A stretch of DNA of 64,000 nt from the human T2T-CHM13v2.0 reference genome, Homo sapiens. Where the stretch lies: the NCBI RefSeq assembly GCF_009914755.1, contig NC_060926.1, one strand, 5' to 3'. The notes under the pieces are model-generated. The model was not told the DNA's origin and did no database searches. It was given only the letters and a program-made list of their open reading frames with translations. Of the stretch, positions 27,238 to 39,499 are shown piece by piece (within the stretch, counting starts at the first letter, position 1; each line of letters starts with the position of its first letter). The translations under genes were made by a program, and so were the position numbers.

Positions 27238-28179
27238 AGTAAGGACTTCCGGTCCAACTTCACAGAGGGAATAAGCAGGACACAGGTCATCTGGGTGGCT
27301 GCCATACTGGTCAGCCCATTCCAGGGCTCCAGCCACATCTTGGAGCTGTCTCTGGGTCACCCTACAGGCCAGTTGAAAGGGAAGTCTCACCACATGAGGT
27401 CAAATTAGCCTCGGACCCATGCGTGGGAGGGGTGCCCATTACTTATGCAAAACTGAGGAGGATTTCAAAAGCTGGAAGCTGAGTTTGCAGGCACAAGGAG
27501 TGCCCAGGCCTCCCCCACTTCAGAAGCTTTTTATGGGAGAGGACAGGACTTTAGAGGAGCAAGGGGCGGGCTGGGAACATTCCCATGAGACCAGATTGCC
27601 AAGCAGGGCTTGTCAGGGCAACAGGCCACTGCAGGCCTTTGCTGTCTTTCCCAGAACAGACAGAAAGCACAGATCACACCTCAGGCATGAAGGGGATGAC
27701 CAAAAGTTCCCTGGGAGATCCCCAGGGCACTTGCCACCCCCATGAGAGCAGGAAGTCCAGGAAAGTGCCTCAGGGCCAAGGTCACCCTAGAGGGGTGGGG
27801 AGGGAGTGTGGTCCTCCCCCGAGCCATGCAAGCTGAGCCTGGGCAGATCCTGACAGGGAAGAGTGCAAGGGGCCCAGTGACACTCCCACTGTGGGCCCTG
27901 CTACCCAAGCCCCTGGCTGGGGTGCTGAAGTGTCTGTGGTATCTTCACCTCTGCTGGCGCTAGCTGTGAGGCCTACATGTCTCCCTCCTCCCCCACCACT
28001 AGGTGCCTTCCCAATTCCGCTTGTCAGAGTCCAGCTTCAACGGCCTCCATCAAGCTCATCCAGATAGCCCTTCCCATCCGCCTCACTCCAGGTCACAGAC
28101 CCCTTTCCCACTTGGCTCCTCACACTCTGCCTTTGGAACCCTTCTTACATGACAGGCTTGTAGTGGGCCCAGCTTTTTG

Positions 28180-28792
<613 letters not shown>

Positions 28793-29784
28793 TAAGTCTG
28801 TGGGTCCCAGAGCTGCCCTTTAGGAGTCTCCAGGCTGAAACTTCTTGCCAGTCACCTGGTACCCTACATAAAAAGCCATTTTTGTTGGCATAAGCCTCCC
28901 TTGAGCCTTGGGCAGTTTCTGCACTCCCCTTAATCCCAGGCTTGGCAGATGCCCTGCAAAGTGAGAGGGAAATGTCCTATATTTCCTGCAGGGTGCTTCA
29001 AGGGCAGCAAAAGAAAACTAGGTGTGGGAGTGAGTGCCCACGTGCATGCACAGGTGGGGTGCCCCATGGAAGAGCACTGTGTTCTGTAGCTCAGTGCTTG
29101 TGTCTGTCACATAACTAGCAATGTGATCCTGGCCACATTTCTAACTCTCAAATTCTTGATTTCCTCATCTACCAATGAAAATTAGAATTTCTTCATACTG
29201 CTACTATGAAAATTGCTTCCAGCAAACATTTATGAACTAATCTTGCCAAACTAGGTACCAACCCTCTCTTACACAATGAATCAAAGGGAAAGGGGATTTG
29301 ACCTAGAGAACCCAGACCACAGAAGAAAAATAAGCCCTATGCCTTTTATCAATGCTGTCAACAGTGAGCATGGAGTTTCCCGTGAGAACACAAACTCTAG
29401 TAATAGTGAAAAGTGCTATGAATTTAACAGTATCCACAAATTCAGTGTTTCTTCACATATCTTTACCCCCCAAGCACCATATCGTTACGTGAATGGAAGC
29501 AAAGTCAAGGCAAGTGTCAAGGATGTGTTGAAAACCAGATATTCAAAATGGTGGGCAAAACTATGCAAATGACAAGGGCAATGCTACCTTTTCAGTCCAG
29601 AAGGCAAACTTACCCTGAGAAAACATTCTTCCCCCTACACACACTCCCAACCACTTTAACCCAAGTGAAAAGCAAAGATAATTTGAAAGGAATTATTTAG
29701 AAACGTGCAAGAATCACATGAATAAAATGAAAGGGGTCTTTGTTTTATAATCCATTTAACAGCCAACAGCAGGTCTTGGCTCTT

Positions 29785-29856
29785 CTTCTGTAAAATGGGT
29801 ACTCTAAGAGTGCCTACCTCATACAGTGGTTGAGAGAATTAATTGAGATAATCTTG
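29785..29856 (+). mobile_element. MIR (continues at about 30423-30490 after the LTR)
   Basis: TCTGTAAAATGGG...CCTACCTCATACAGTGGTTGAGAGAATTAATTGAGATAAT. Confidence 0.8.
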
Positions 29857-30422
29857 TACTATGGTTTGAATCTTTGTGTCCTCTCCAAAATTCATGCTGC
29901 AACTTAATCCCCAATGCAACAATATTAAATGGTGGGGACTTTTGAAGGTGATTAGGCCATGAGACCAAGCCTCATGGATGGAATTAGTGTCTTTTTCTTT
30001 TTTTTTCTTTATTTTTTAGAAGTGAGGTCTTGTTGTGTGGCCAAGGCTGGAGTGCAGTGGCTGCTCACAGGCACAGTCATCACACACTACAGCCTTGACC
30101 TCCTGAGCTCAAGCAATTCTCCTGCTTCAGTCTCCCAGGTAGCTGGGACTACAGACAACACCACAAAGTTCCGCTTCTAAGGGATTTGTGTTTTGTAAAA
30201 GGGCTTGATGGGGCAAATTTTGCCCTTCCATCTCTTCTGCCACGTGAAGACACAGCAAGAGACACCATTTTGGAAGCAGAGAGTAGCCTTCACCAGATGT
30301 AATCTGCTAGCACCTTTATCTTGGACTTCCCAGCCTCCAGAACTGTGAGAAGTAAATTTCTATTATCTATAAATTACCCAGTCTCAGGCATTTTGTTATG
30401 GCAGAAGGAATGGACTAAGACA
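29857..30422 (+). mobile_element. MaLR solo LTR (MSTD/MSTC-like)
   Basis: TACTATGGTTTGAATCTTTGTGTCC...CTTGGACTTCCCAGCCTCCAGAACTGTGAGAAGTAAATTTC...GGACTAAGACA. 5-bp TSD TCTTG/TCTGG. Confidence 0.9.
29992..30176 (-). mobile_element. FAM (fossil Alu monomer)
   Basis: GGCTGGAGTGCAGTGGCTGCTCACAGGCACAGTCAT carries the FAM-specific 7SL-derived segment. Monomer with T tail, located inside the LTR. Confidence 0.8.
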
Positions 30423-31089
30423 TCTGGATAAAGAATTTAGCATGTTACATAACAAGCTTTTGACACATGTTTGCTCCCATTGCTGTTGTTTTTGTTGTTT
30501 CTGTTCTTGAATTGTTAAAATCAAAGAATCATGAATTAGGGAAATAGAAAGGCTAATCAAATGGTTCACTCTTTGGGTTGGAAATATTTTTCAAATATCT
30601 AAACCTCTTCTTCCCACAACATCTTAATCAAATGCAACTTGCATGGTTTTTGTGCATCCCATGGAAAACCCTGCCCTGGTCTCCTGACATCCGTGAGCTC
30701 CCTGAAGGGGGACAAAAGCAGAAAGCTCAAGTCAGGTGAAAAGATTGCCATTGAGGATTGGAAGAGGAGTGGCCGAAAAAAAAATGGAATTGGTCCAGAA
30801 GACACACACAAAAATAAATAAATAAATAAAATAAAGAGGGAGTGTTGCAGAGCTCTTTAAAAGGCTCACATGCCCTGCGAGAAACCTTCAAAGGCGAGAA
30901 GAATGAGCTAACCCTTCAGACCCTTTGAAATACTTATATAAATGGTGGAATCCCTGGGTCCACTCCTTCTTCAAATCCTGCCGAGTTAAGGACCCCCCAC
31001 CCCCACCACCCCCCCTCCCAACTACATGCTTTAGGCAGTGTGTACCTGGAAAGCCAAGTGCCGAGGCATTGCAGAGAATTTCTCTCACT

Positions 31090-32300
31090 ATTTCATAAGG
31101 AATGCTTAGAATATTCAGGCTGAGAAGTATTTCTTAATTTCCTGTGCAATCTGAAAGCATTATCCAAGGGTTATTTTTGTTTTGTTTTATTCAGAAGTGG
31201 GGTTGCTGGAGCATTCCTCTTGGACATGTTCAGATTTGAATTAATTAGAATTCCTGTACAGTTTTCTTCGGTTATAATTATAGCTTAATTTGATTGCTTA
31301 ATGGCTCTGGTTTTCGTAATGTTTAGCACCTGTTGTAAATTGCACAAGCTAAATCACCTTCTACCTTCCACTGTGTTTACACCTAACTTTTGCCTTTTCC
31401 CTTTCAGCTGGTGGGCTTGCGACAACAGCCACGCGCTTTGCTCATTCCTGCCCTTTCCACCAAAGAACTCTCTCTTTCAAGGCTATTTAAGCACAGAAGA
31501 AGTGACTTTTACTTAAATGCCTCCTTAAGACTGTTAGATTTTTTTTTAAAGGAGAAAAAAATTGAGAAAAAAAAAGAGTATTTCAGATGCTATAAACTCT
31601 CAGGACTGACCTCTGGTATTATGTAGACTTCCACTTAAGGGTCACCTTTCTGATGCGCTGGGTGTACAGAGTATTTTTTCCCTCCTTTCCTTTCTAGGAT
31701 TATTAGATAGCAGTGGAAGCCCTGCATCATTAATTGATTTCTCCCATGCATTGTGCTATGATACAATTTTTCAAGGCTGTGCATAATTGTGTTCTCTGTG
31801 CCAGCGTTCTATGTTCTGTCCTTGTCATATTGTCATTGAAGGCTGTTTCCACCCTCTGTAATTGGAGATGTTCTACTTTTGGACAAAGGTGTGGGGGCAG
31901 CTCAGGGGAACAGCGCTGACATTTACTTCATCAATTTATTTTTATTGTTCCTACATTTATTGCAGCTATAACAGCCCTTTAATAGTTATATCTCCTCCCT
32001 GTAGGGTATTCTGGTATTTGAAATTTTTTTAACTCATTTGTTCTCATGGATAACAGTAAAGTGCATTTCAGGATAACCTTTAGGTTTCAATCTCCTCTCT
32101 TCTTTTGGCTCTGAGGCCGTCTTCGCTTTAAACTTTTACTGCATTTGCCAGTCTAAAGGCCAGAGCGCCAAGTTCATTCTAGCACTGGAGTAACCACAAA
32201 TTAGTGGTCCTGAAAATTTCAGGGAGGTTAGTCCTAAACCAAGAGTGCAGCTATTACAGTAATTCAAAACTGGTCGTCCTTTTAATGGGGAGGGGGAACT
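31090..32300. promoter_or_regulatory. Candidate conserved non-coding element / enhancer block
   Basis: About 1.2 kb free of repeats, with dense TAATT/ATTAAT, CATTGT, TGATTG and TGACA motifs and retained CpGs. Conservation inferred only. Confidence 0.5.
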
Positions 32301-34625
32301 AAAGGAAGGTGGGTGGGAGGGAAGGGGAGAAAGTGAGGGGCAATGAGAGAGAATCCTAGTAAATACTGAGTCTCATGTTACAATCCTGGTCAAATAAGGA
32401 TTGTAATTAAATCTTTATGACCAATGAAGCATCAGACTGGACCAATTCTGAGTCTCTGCCCTTCAAGGCCAAAGACACAGGATACAATTAAGAGGCAACT
32501 CCACTTGGATTTACTATTCTTCTTGTCTTTAGATACGTGACCCTCCCCCAACCTCCAAGCCCAGTGTCACCTCCCTTAAAAAGGTTACCTTAGTGCAGCC
32601 TTGGAAATAAGTCCTTACCTGAAAGCCTAGTGTGTTTGTTTACTTCTTTATTTTCTACCCAACCTGGAGAAAAAATAAATACTGGCTTTCTCCACTTTTC
32701 TACCACTATATCTGTGGTAGAGAAAACATTGGTGTGGGCAAAAAAAATATGTCTAGGCTTATTTTTAAGGCCATGATACTAAGTCATTGTCTAATACTTT
32801 GTGCTCCAACTGCCAGCTTTCAACCACTAATTTCCTCTGAATAGTATCTAGGCACATTTCAAAAGGAATTTCATTCTTGTTTTTACCCGCCTTCCCCCAG
32901 TTTCTCCTATAGAATCGTTGTCACACCTTCTTTTCCTAGCAGTGTCATCAGAATCTACCAGAAATTAATGCCTGCACCTCATCAGAGAGGACCAAACACT
33001 TTGTCCACTATCCAACACCAAATAATCAGCCAAGAGAAATGGCTCTGAATTCTGTACTGGTTCTAGCACAAGGTCCCTTTCCCTTCTCACTTGTTCCGTG
33101 CACATCATCTGTGGAATAGCATTGCTTATGCACCCCCACCGCCACCATTAATAAAAAATAAGGTTTTTTTCAAACAAAATAATCTCCATTATAGAAAGAT
33201 GGGTCTAGCAAATCACTGCTAAAAGCAGGCAGAGATTGAGTGGTCAAGGCGAGTGTTCCTGGTCTTGGTCCCTATGACTAGGTTCTCTCACAATACTAGT
33301 GAAGGGCAACCCCAGGCCCAGGACATTCTGTAGAGGCTTCTAGAGCCAGAAAAGCCTCTACTGCAGCGGCTTCTACAGGCAGGTTCTGCAGAAGGGTGAA
33401 CCTCGACTCTACTTTCTCATTTGCCTCACCCCCTATATCTTTTTCATTTTCTCCCACCCTGTCTCACAACTTCCACTGCAAAAGGACACTTTTCAGAAGA
33501 CTGTCTTCTACTACAATCCTGGTATATCATTGAAAACTTCAGAAAGGGAAAATAAAGTGAAGAAATAAATCAAGTGCACAAAATCAAGAGGGAAAAACAT
33601 CACAGACTATCTTCATGCTAGAATCCTAGCTTGGTCAAGGAAGCTATACAAATGAACAGTTCCAGGGGTCTGCTTCCCAACAGGGCTATACAAAAAAACA
33701 CCCCAAAATCATGCTGCCAAGTTTCTGATGAGGGTAGGATGTTTGGAGGCTCTGTTGGGATTTTTTTAAATTATTATTATTCCGGTTAGACTTTATCCCT
33801 GGATAGTTATAGAAAGATACCACCAGCAGGGCATTAATCCAGATGAAAAGATTTTCATGTTTCCACATTATAGATCTGGCTCAAAATTCCAGGTCTTGCT
33901 TAGTCAGGTCCCTGACTCGTTTTCTCATCTGTGAAGACTTACAAAGGAAAGTCATGATGGGCAAACACATTGCAGCCTGATCCCTGACGGACTTGGAGAA
34001 TATGCCCACTGCCCTGGCAGAGCCAGAGGCAGCTGACCTTCTGACTTATGTGCCAATGGCAAGAGTCCTTCTGCACCAGTCATCATCTGGATCATGGGTG
34101 TAATTTAGAGGCACTAACCAGCTGTAAGTGTCACTATGCATAGGCAACTTATTTTCAAAGACTGAGATTAGAGTTGCTGGGATCTAAATGACTAAAACTG
34201 CTGAAAGTTAATTTTGGTCAATTTTGCTTTTAAATATGCATGGCGTCTCCATTAATCAAGTCAAGAAGCAGGCCACAATTAACGTGAGCTAAGCTTGACA
34301 GCCATGGCATTCTAACAAGAAAGGAGACCTTCCAGAAGAAGAAGAGCGCCTTTGGACTCAGAGGTGAGCCCTGAATGTCCAGTGGGCACCAGGTAGCCTT
34401 CTGGGCAGCAGACCAAAGATGGAGCAGAAGAGCACAGGAAACACGAGGAGGGAGTGTGTACCACTCCTTCAGATTTGAAAGTGTGGTTGCCAGCAGCAGG
34501 ACAGGGCAGGGCAGGCAGAGAGGAAGCCACCTGAACTAGGAATTAAAGGAGAAAGAGAGAGACCCACAAGTGGAAGACCTGATTCCATTGTTCTCTAGCC
34601 AGCTAGTAGGCATACTCTCACTACT

Positions 34626-34733
34626 TATAGTAGGCAAAGCTCATGAATTGATATTTCAAAGAAAAAGACACATTGGTGGACAACAAATATACAAGAGATT
34701 ATCTAGTAGTTTTTAGAAAGCAGGTTAAAACAT
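34626..34733 (+). mobile_element. Short L1 ORF2 piece, inverted relative to the adjacent L1
   Basis: TAGGCAAAGCTCATGAATTGATATTTCAAAGAAAAAGACACATTGGTGGACAACAAATATACAAGAGAT resembles sense L1 GGGCAAAGGACATGAACAGACATTTC...GCCAACAAACATATGAAAAGAT. Confidence 0.65.
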
Positions 34734-35430
34734 ATATCAATTCATGAGTTTTGCCTACTTTCTTATTGTTATATTTGTCTTTTTGATTTACTGATTGCTC
34801 TTTACATATTAAGAAAATATGTTACAAAAATTTTCCCCAGTTAGTCTTTTTTTTTTCACTTTGTCTATGGTATTTTTGCTACATAGACCCAGATAGCTAT
34901 ATTTTATTTCCCAGTTTGATAATATTTTGCCATACGAAAGTTTCAGATTTTATGTTATCAAACTAATCAGTTTTTCTTTTATAGCTCCCATAGTTTCATG
35001 TCTGCTCTACTTGAATATCATTAAAATTTTCATTTACTTTTTTGTGATTATAGTCTTTTTCAATTTAGGGATCCAGATTTACTTATTTTTCAAAATGTGT
35101 ATTTTTCCAAATAGCTGTCTCAACACTGCTGACTAATATATCAATTCCCCATTGATTTTCAATGCCATCTTTACAATTTAATAAAGTCTCATACAAATCT
35201 GGCTGTATTTATTGGCTTTCAATAAATAATTTTTATTTATTGAAAATAAATTTTTAATAAATAATAATTTTTAATAATAATTTTATATATATAAAATAAT
35301 ACATTTTATCAATTCATGAGCTTTGCCTACTATATTTTGTTCCACTGCTGTTTCTGTCTTCTCTCTGAACTAGTACCATACTGTTTTATTATGATACCTT
35401 TACAATGTAGTTTTGGTCAGGTAGAGTGCT
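34734..35430 (-). mobile_element. Old L1 (L1ME-like) ORF2 fragment with an internal insertion
   Basis: TTCATGAGTTTTGCCTACTTT...ATGCCATCTTTA...TTTTGTTCCACTG...AGTACCATACTGTTTT...GTCAGGTAG is antisense L1. Confidence 0.75.
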
Positions 35431-35453
35431 GTTCTTTAAAAAATGGGGTTTAT

Positions 35454-35750
<297 letters not shown>

Positions 35751-36147
35751 TTATCAAAAGAACAAAACTTTAAGAACATTATCCTAGACTAGAGATTTTT
35801 CTTTTTATGAAGGATATTCTTACAAAGAGTATATGTTGTTTTCTAAAAACAGAGTGAAATCTGTAAACCAAAAAATATTTAACAAGAATTTATGATATTA
35901 ATAGCTGGGAGAATGGACAGAAAAAGATAAGGCAGAGAAGACAGCCTAAAGGAATTTTTTCAGTTAGAAGGTGCAAGATCACAAATATCAAAGCAATTAA
36001 AAGAAAAGGCAACCTTGTCTGTTGGAGTGATAAAAGAAGGTTTCTCAGGGGTAGTGACCGTGACGGACAGACATAAACACCACTCACAGAGCCACTGCAT
36101 TGTCATCAGTGGGAAGGGTCCCTTTCCCCTGGAGATATTTCTTGCTA

Positions 36148-36385
36148 ATAATAAAAACTGACATTTATTGAGTGCTTACTGTTTAACAGGCACTGCTCTA
36201 AGTGTGTTACGTGCATCAACTCAAACCCATGACAATCCTACAAAATAAGTACATACTCTCATTAGGCCTATTTTATAGGTGAACAAACTGAGGCACATGC
36301 CCTCTGTTGCCAAGCTACTCAGTGGCTGAGCAGAATTTGAACATAGTCTGGCTTCAGAAGGTTCATTCTTAATCGTTACGCTTTA
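36148..36385 (-). mobile_element. MIR
   Basis: ACATTTATTGAGTGCTTACTG...CAGGCACTGCTCTAAGTG...TTTTATAGGTGAACAAACTGAGGCAC. Confidence 0.9.
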
Positions 36386-37859
36386 CTGTCTCCAAAACCA
36401 GAGAGAGGACTTGATCCAATGAACCGCCTCTTCCTGAAGCACTCCTCCAGATGACAAAACTATCAACAGAGAAAGGCCACCCGGCCAGCACAGCCTGGAT
36501 ACCCCTGTGTTTGGGCTGCAGAAGCACAAGCTTAATGAAGACCCCAAACTTCCTGAAGGGACAGAGGCACCTGGAACAATGCTGGCCCCCTGGCCAGGGT
36601 CTGCAGTGGATTCCCATCAGTGCTTGCAGCTTCTCTCCTGCAGGGGAGCCCAACAGTTCATGCTCCTGCACACTCTCTGGGCCTCCGGTGCAGTCTGGTC
36701 ACCTGGGTGACCCCTGCCCACCTGGGACCAGGGTGGCCTCTGTCTGACCTTATCCCAGGCTGACAGCTGGCGTCGCACTCACCCAGACAGCCGGAGCTCC
36801 AGGCTGGATGGAGTATTGTCTCCCGCCCTGCCTTACAAATAGGAGAGAGAGAGAGCAGGCCACTCCTGTTCAGCCGTGGCCTCAGACGGGGGTAGGTCCC
36901 TCGAATTGAGGAGATAGGATGAAACAGAATGCCAGCTGCAAGTATTTCTGACTTTAAGAGAAAAGCAGGGCCCATGGCCTCCTGAAGTCCGGTGCCAGAA
37001 ATTGTTGAAAACAAAAGGCCCTCTGGTAGGCAGGGTCGGGCAAGAGCACAAAGCCCCATTGTTAGGCTACACCAGCGGTTTTTCCAAGTTTTCTTTTTAA
37101 GCCACGGAACCGTTTGTAACCCCTCAGCCATGCCCTCGACGTCTGGAAGGGCTTTCAGGTGGAGCCCATTACCAGGAAGAAAACAATGGTGCTCTGAGCC
37201 CATTGCAGGCAGACACGGCATTGAGACAACGGTGCAAAATGTCAATTTTCCCATCGAGTCGCCTTTCATCCCTCACAGAGGCTGTCTCGAATGGGTGTCT
37301 GGGACTTCCTTCCCTGACATCCCTCTCCCTCCTCTCCCTGCCCGCCTGAACATGAAAACTGGAGAGGTCCGGATGACCCTTGCTCCTGGATCTGTTCTGG
37401 AAGGGCCCTAACCCTGCCCATCGCAGTCTCTCGGATTCTTCACAGCCAAGTAAACCTCCCTCTTCCTAATGCTGACAGCCTCTCAATAGCAGCGCCACCA
37501 TGAGGTACGGTGCTCATAAATCTCTGCCTCTTATCCATCATTTGCTCCCTACTAGAAGGAAGGAAGAAAACGAAAGACGGAGAAAGGGGGATAGAAATCC
37601 TGACCCTGACCCATCGTCTTTTCAAAGAATGTTGGATGCAGAAGGCAGGTACCATAATTCTACTCTGGTCCAACCAGGAGCAGGGCTTCAGCCCTCTTAG
37701 CGTTGTGCTGGCCTGGTGGCCTCAGTATCATCAACTCACAGAATCTAATCTGGAATCTATGAGGCTGGATAAGGCTGGAGTAGACTCATGTTGGGAATTC
37801 ACCTAAACTGGCAGCCCCAAAGTCTTCCCATTGGACTAGAAAGCAAGATAAAGCAAAGA

Positions 37860-37995
37860 TTCTTTGTATTCGGGGAGTCCCAAATCCTTTAAGAATAGGA
37901 TAAAAGTGAATACATTCATACATGCATTTTGCGTCCAGTTGCAAGAGGTGCATGAATCCTCCACAAATTCAAGGATCTCCAGTTAAGAAGCTCAG
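37860..37995. mobile_element. hAT-Charlie MITE relic (MER117-like)
   Basis: CCTTTAAGAATAGGATAAAAG...CATGCATTTTGCGTCCAGTTGCAAG...CCAGTTAAGAAGC. Confidence 0.45.
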
Positions 37996-38649
37996 GCCCA
38001 GCTTTAGAGCTACCCTGTGCCATTCAGGAGTTTATGCCAGAGACAGCTAGATTCTCACCACACCTATTTTCTCTTCTGGGTTCACAGCTAAACCGGTCTC
38101 ATGGAAAGTCCCCAGACACTCCCTTCCTCTCTGATGCCAAAGACTGAATGGATGATGGCACAGAGCTGGACTCCTGACAAGACTGGCAGACCCCCCAAAA
38201 GCTGACCTGGAGGCTCTGGGCCCCAACTGACCATCTGGAGTGGAGGCTGATTTCCCTTCAATGTGTCTGAGGCCTCGCTCACGTGTGTGGCAGATCCCCA
38301 AGAAAGCCACTCATGTGGCGGCTGCAGGTTAGATTTAATCCATTCCTAACAGGAGCTGGAATCTATAGTCTACAAGCCTGCCCTCCACAGTGCAGCAACC
38401 AGTCAAATCTTCCAGTGATGGGGCTGACTAATTTCCGGAGTACTAAGCATGTTCACCCCCGTGCCAGGGTCTGGAGACAAGGAGAGGAGCTTTCACAGTT
38501 CCTCACAGACTCTGTTAGGAGCTCATACAAGCCAATGCTCCTTCTCCACTCAGGTTCCTCTAGGAGGTCAGGAAGAGAGCAGGTAGCTAAGCCTACCCTT
38601 GCCTCTCTCCACCACCAGCCGTCATGCTCAGGGTGACCTCAGTAGCATA

Positions 38650-38830
38650 ACAATAGTTGACATTACTGAACACTCACTCTATCCTGGGCTTTGTGCTGAG
38701 CTACTTGCATCCAGAACCTCATTTGGGCTTCTCATCACAACTCAGAAGAAGGTACTAGTCCCACCTGCCTTTTAACTTTGACCCAGAGAGGTTAATTACC
38801 TGTCCTCAGATCACACAGTTAGAAAGAGCA
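38650..38830 (-). mobile_element. MIR
   Basis: ACATTACTGAACACTCACT...CCCAGAGAGGTTAATTACCTGTCCTCAGATCACACAG. Confidence 0.75.
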
Positions 38831-39499
38831 CTCAGTGCTAATACTTCTAACTTGTCACGACTTTCCCAACTTCTCAAATCTCCTTACAAAGACAGACAGT
38901 CCTAGGTAGAATCACATCTGAAGGCTTCGCTAGTCATCACTTTGTTACCACCTGAGAAAAAGAAGAGGCCTCAAGGCAGCTACCATGGGCACCAGCTCAA
39001 GAAAAGGGCTCCTGGTTGCAAAGGCGGGAGACCAGGAGGCAGAGCTTGCCTTCCTTTCCCTTGGCTGAGACCTGGCCTGGCCCTGATGCTCAGAAGCACC
39101 TCCCAGCCACCTTGGCCTCTGCTGCCCTTCCCAGCAAGGCTACGACTCCACATGACCGAAATGGCTACAGCAGATTGGGCAGAGGGCTTGAGTGCTCAGC
39201 CTGGCTTAAGGACAAGCCTAGGCGGAGAAGAGCTCTGACTGGGCAGTCCTCCCAGCAACCCCACCCCACCCAGCAGCCCACCCTAACTATGGGGCAGGAA
39301 GCCTGGCCTAAGCCCAGAAGTCAGACTCCAAGTCATGCTGCTTCTCCCTGCCTTCCTGTCCTGTGGTAAAGGCTAAGAATCTCCAGTCTGTAAAACTGGT
39401 GGTGGCAGTGTGCAGTGGAGAGAGTCCAGCAACCTGCTCCCTGATTAAGGTGTTTGTTGAGTCAGGCATCCAGTTCCCGGCTAATCACATGAAGGGCAT

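Noticed and set aside
34626-35334. Interpretation as a novel TA-flanked DNA transposon with 26-28 bp terminal repeats
   Set aside because: The repeat and the interior are L1-derived, and an internal copy sits in register with the L1. A local rearrangement is the simpler explanation (reported as a finding).
36658-37269. 203-aa minus-strand ORF, overlapped by a 139-aa plus-strand ORF
   Set aside because: No recognisable domain, no coding-like composition and no supporting splice structure. The length is attainable by chance in 64 kb across six frames.
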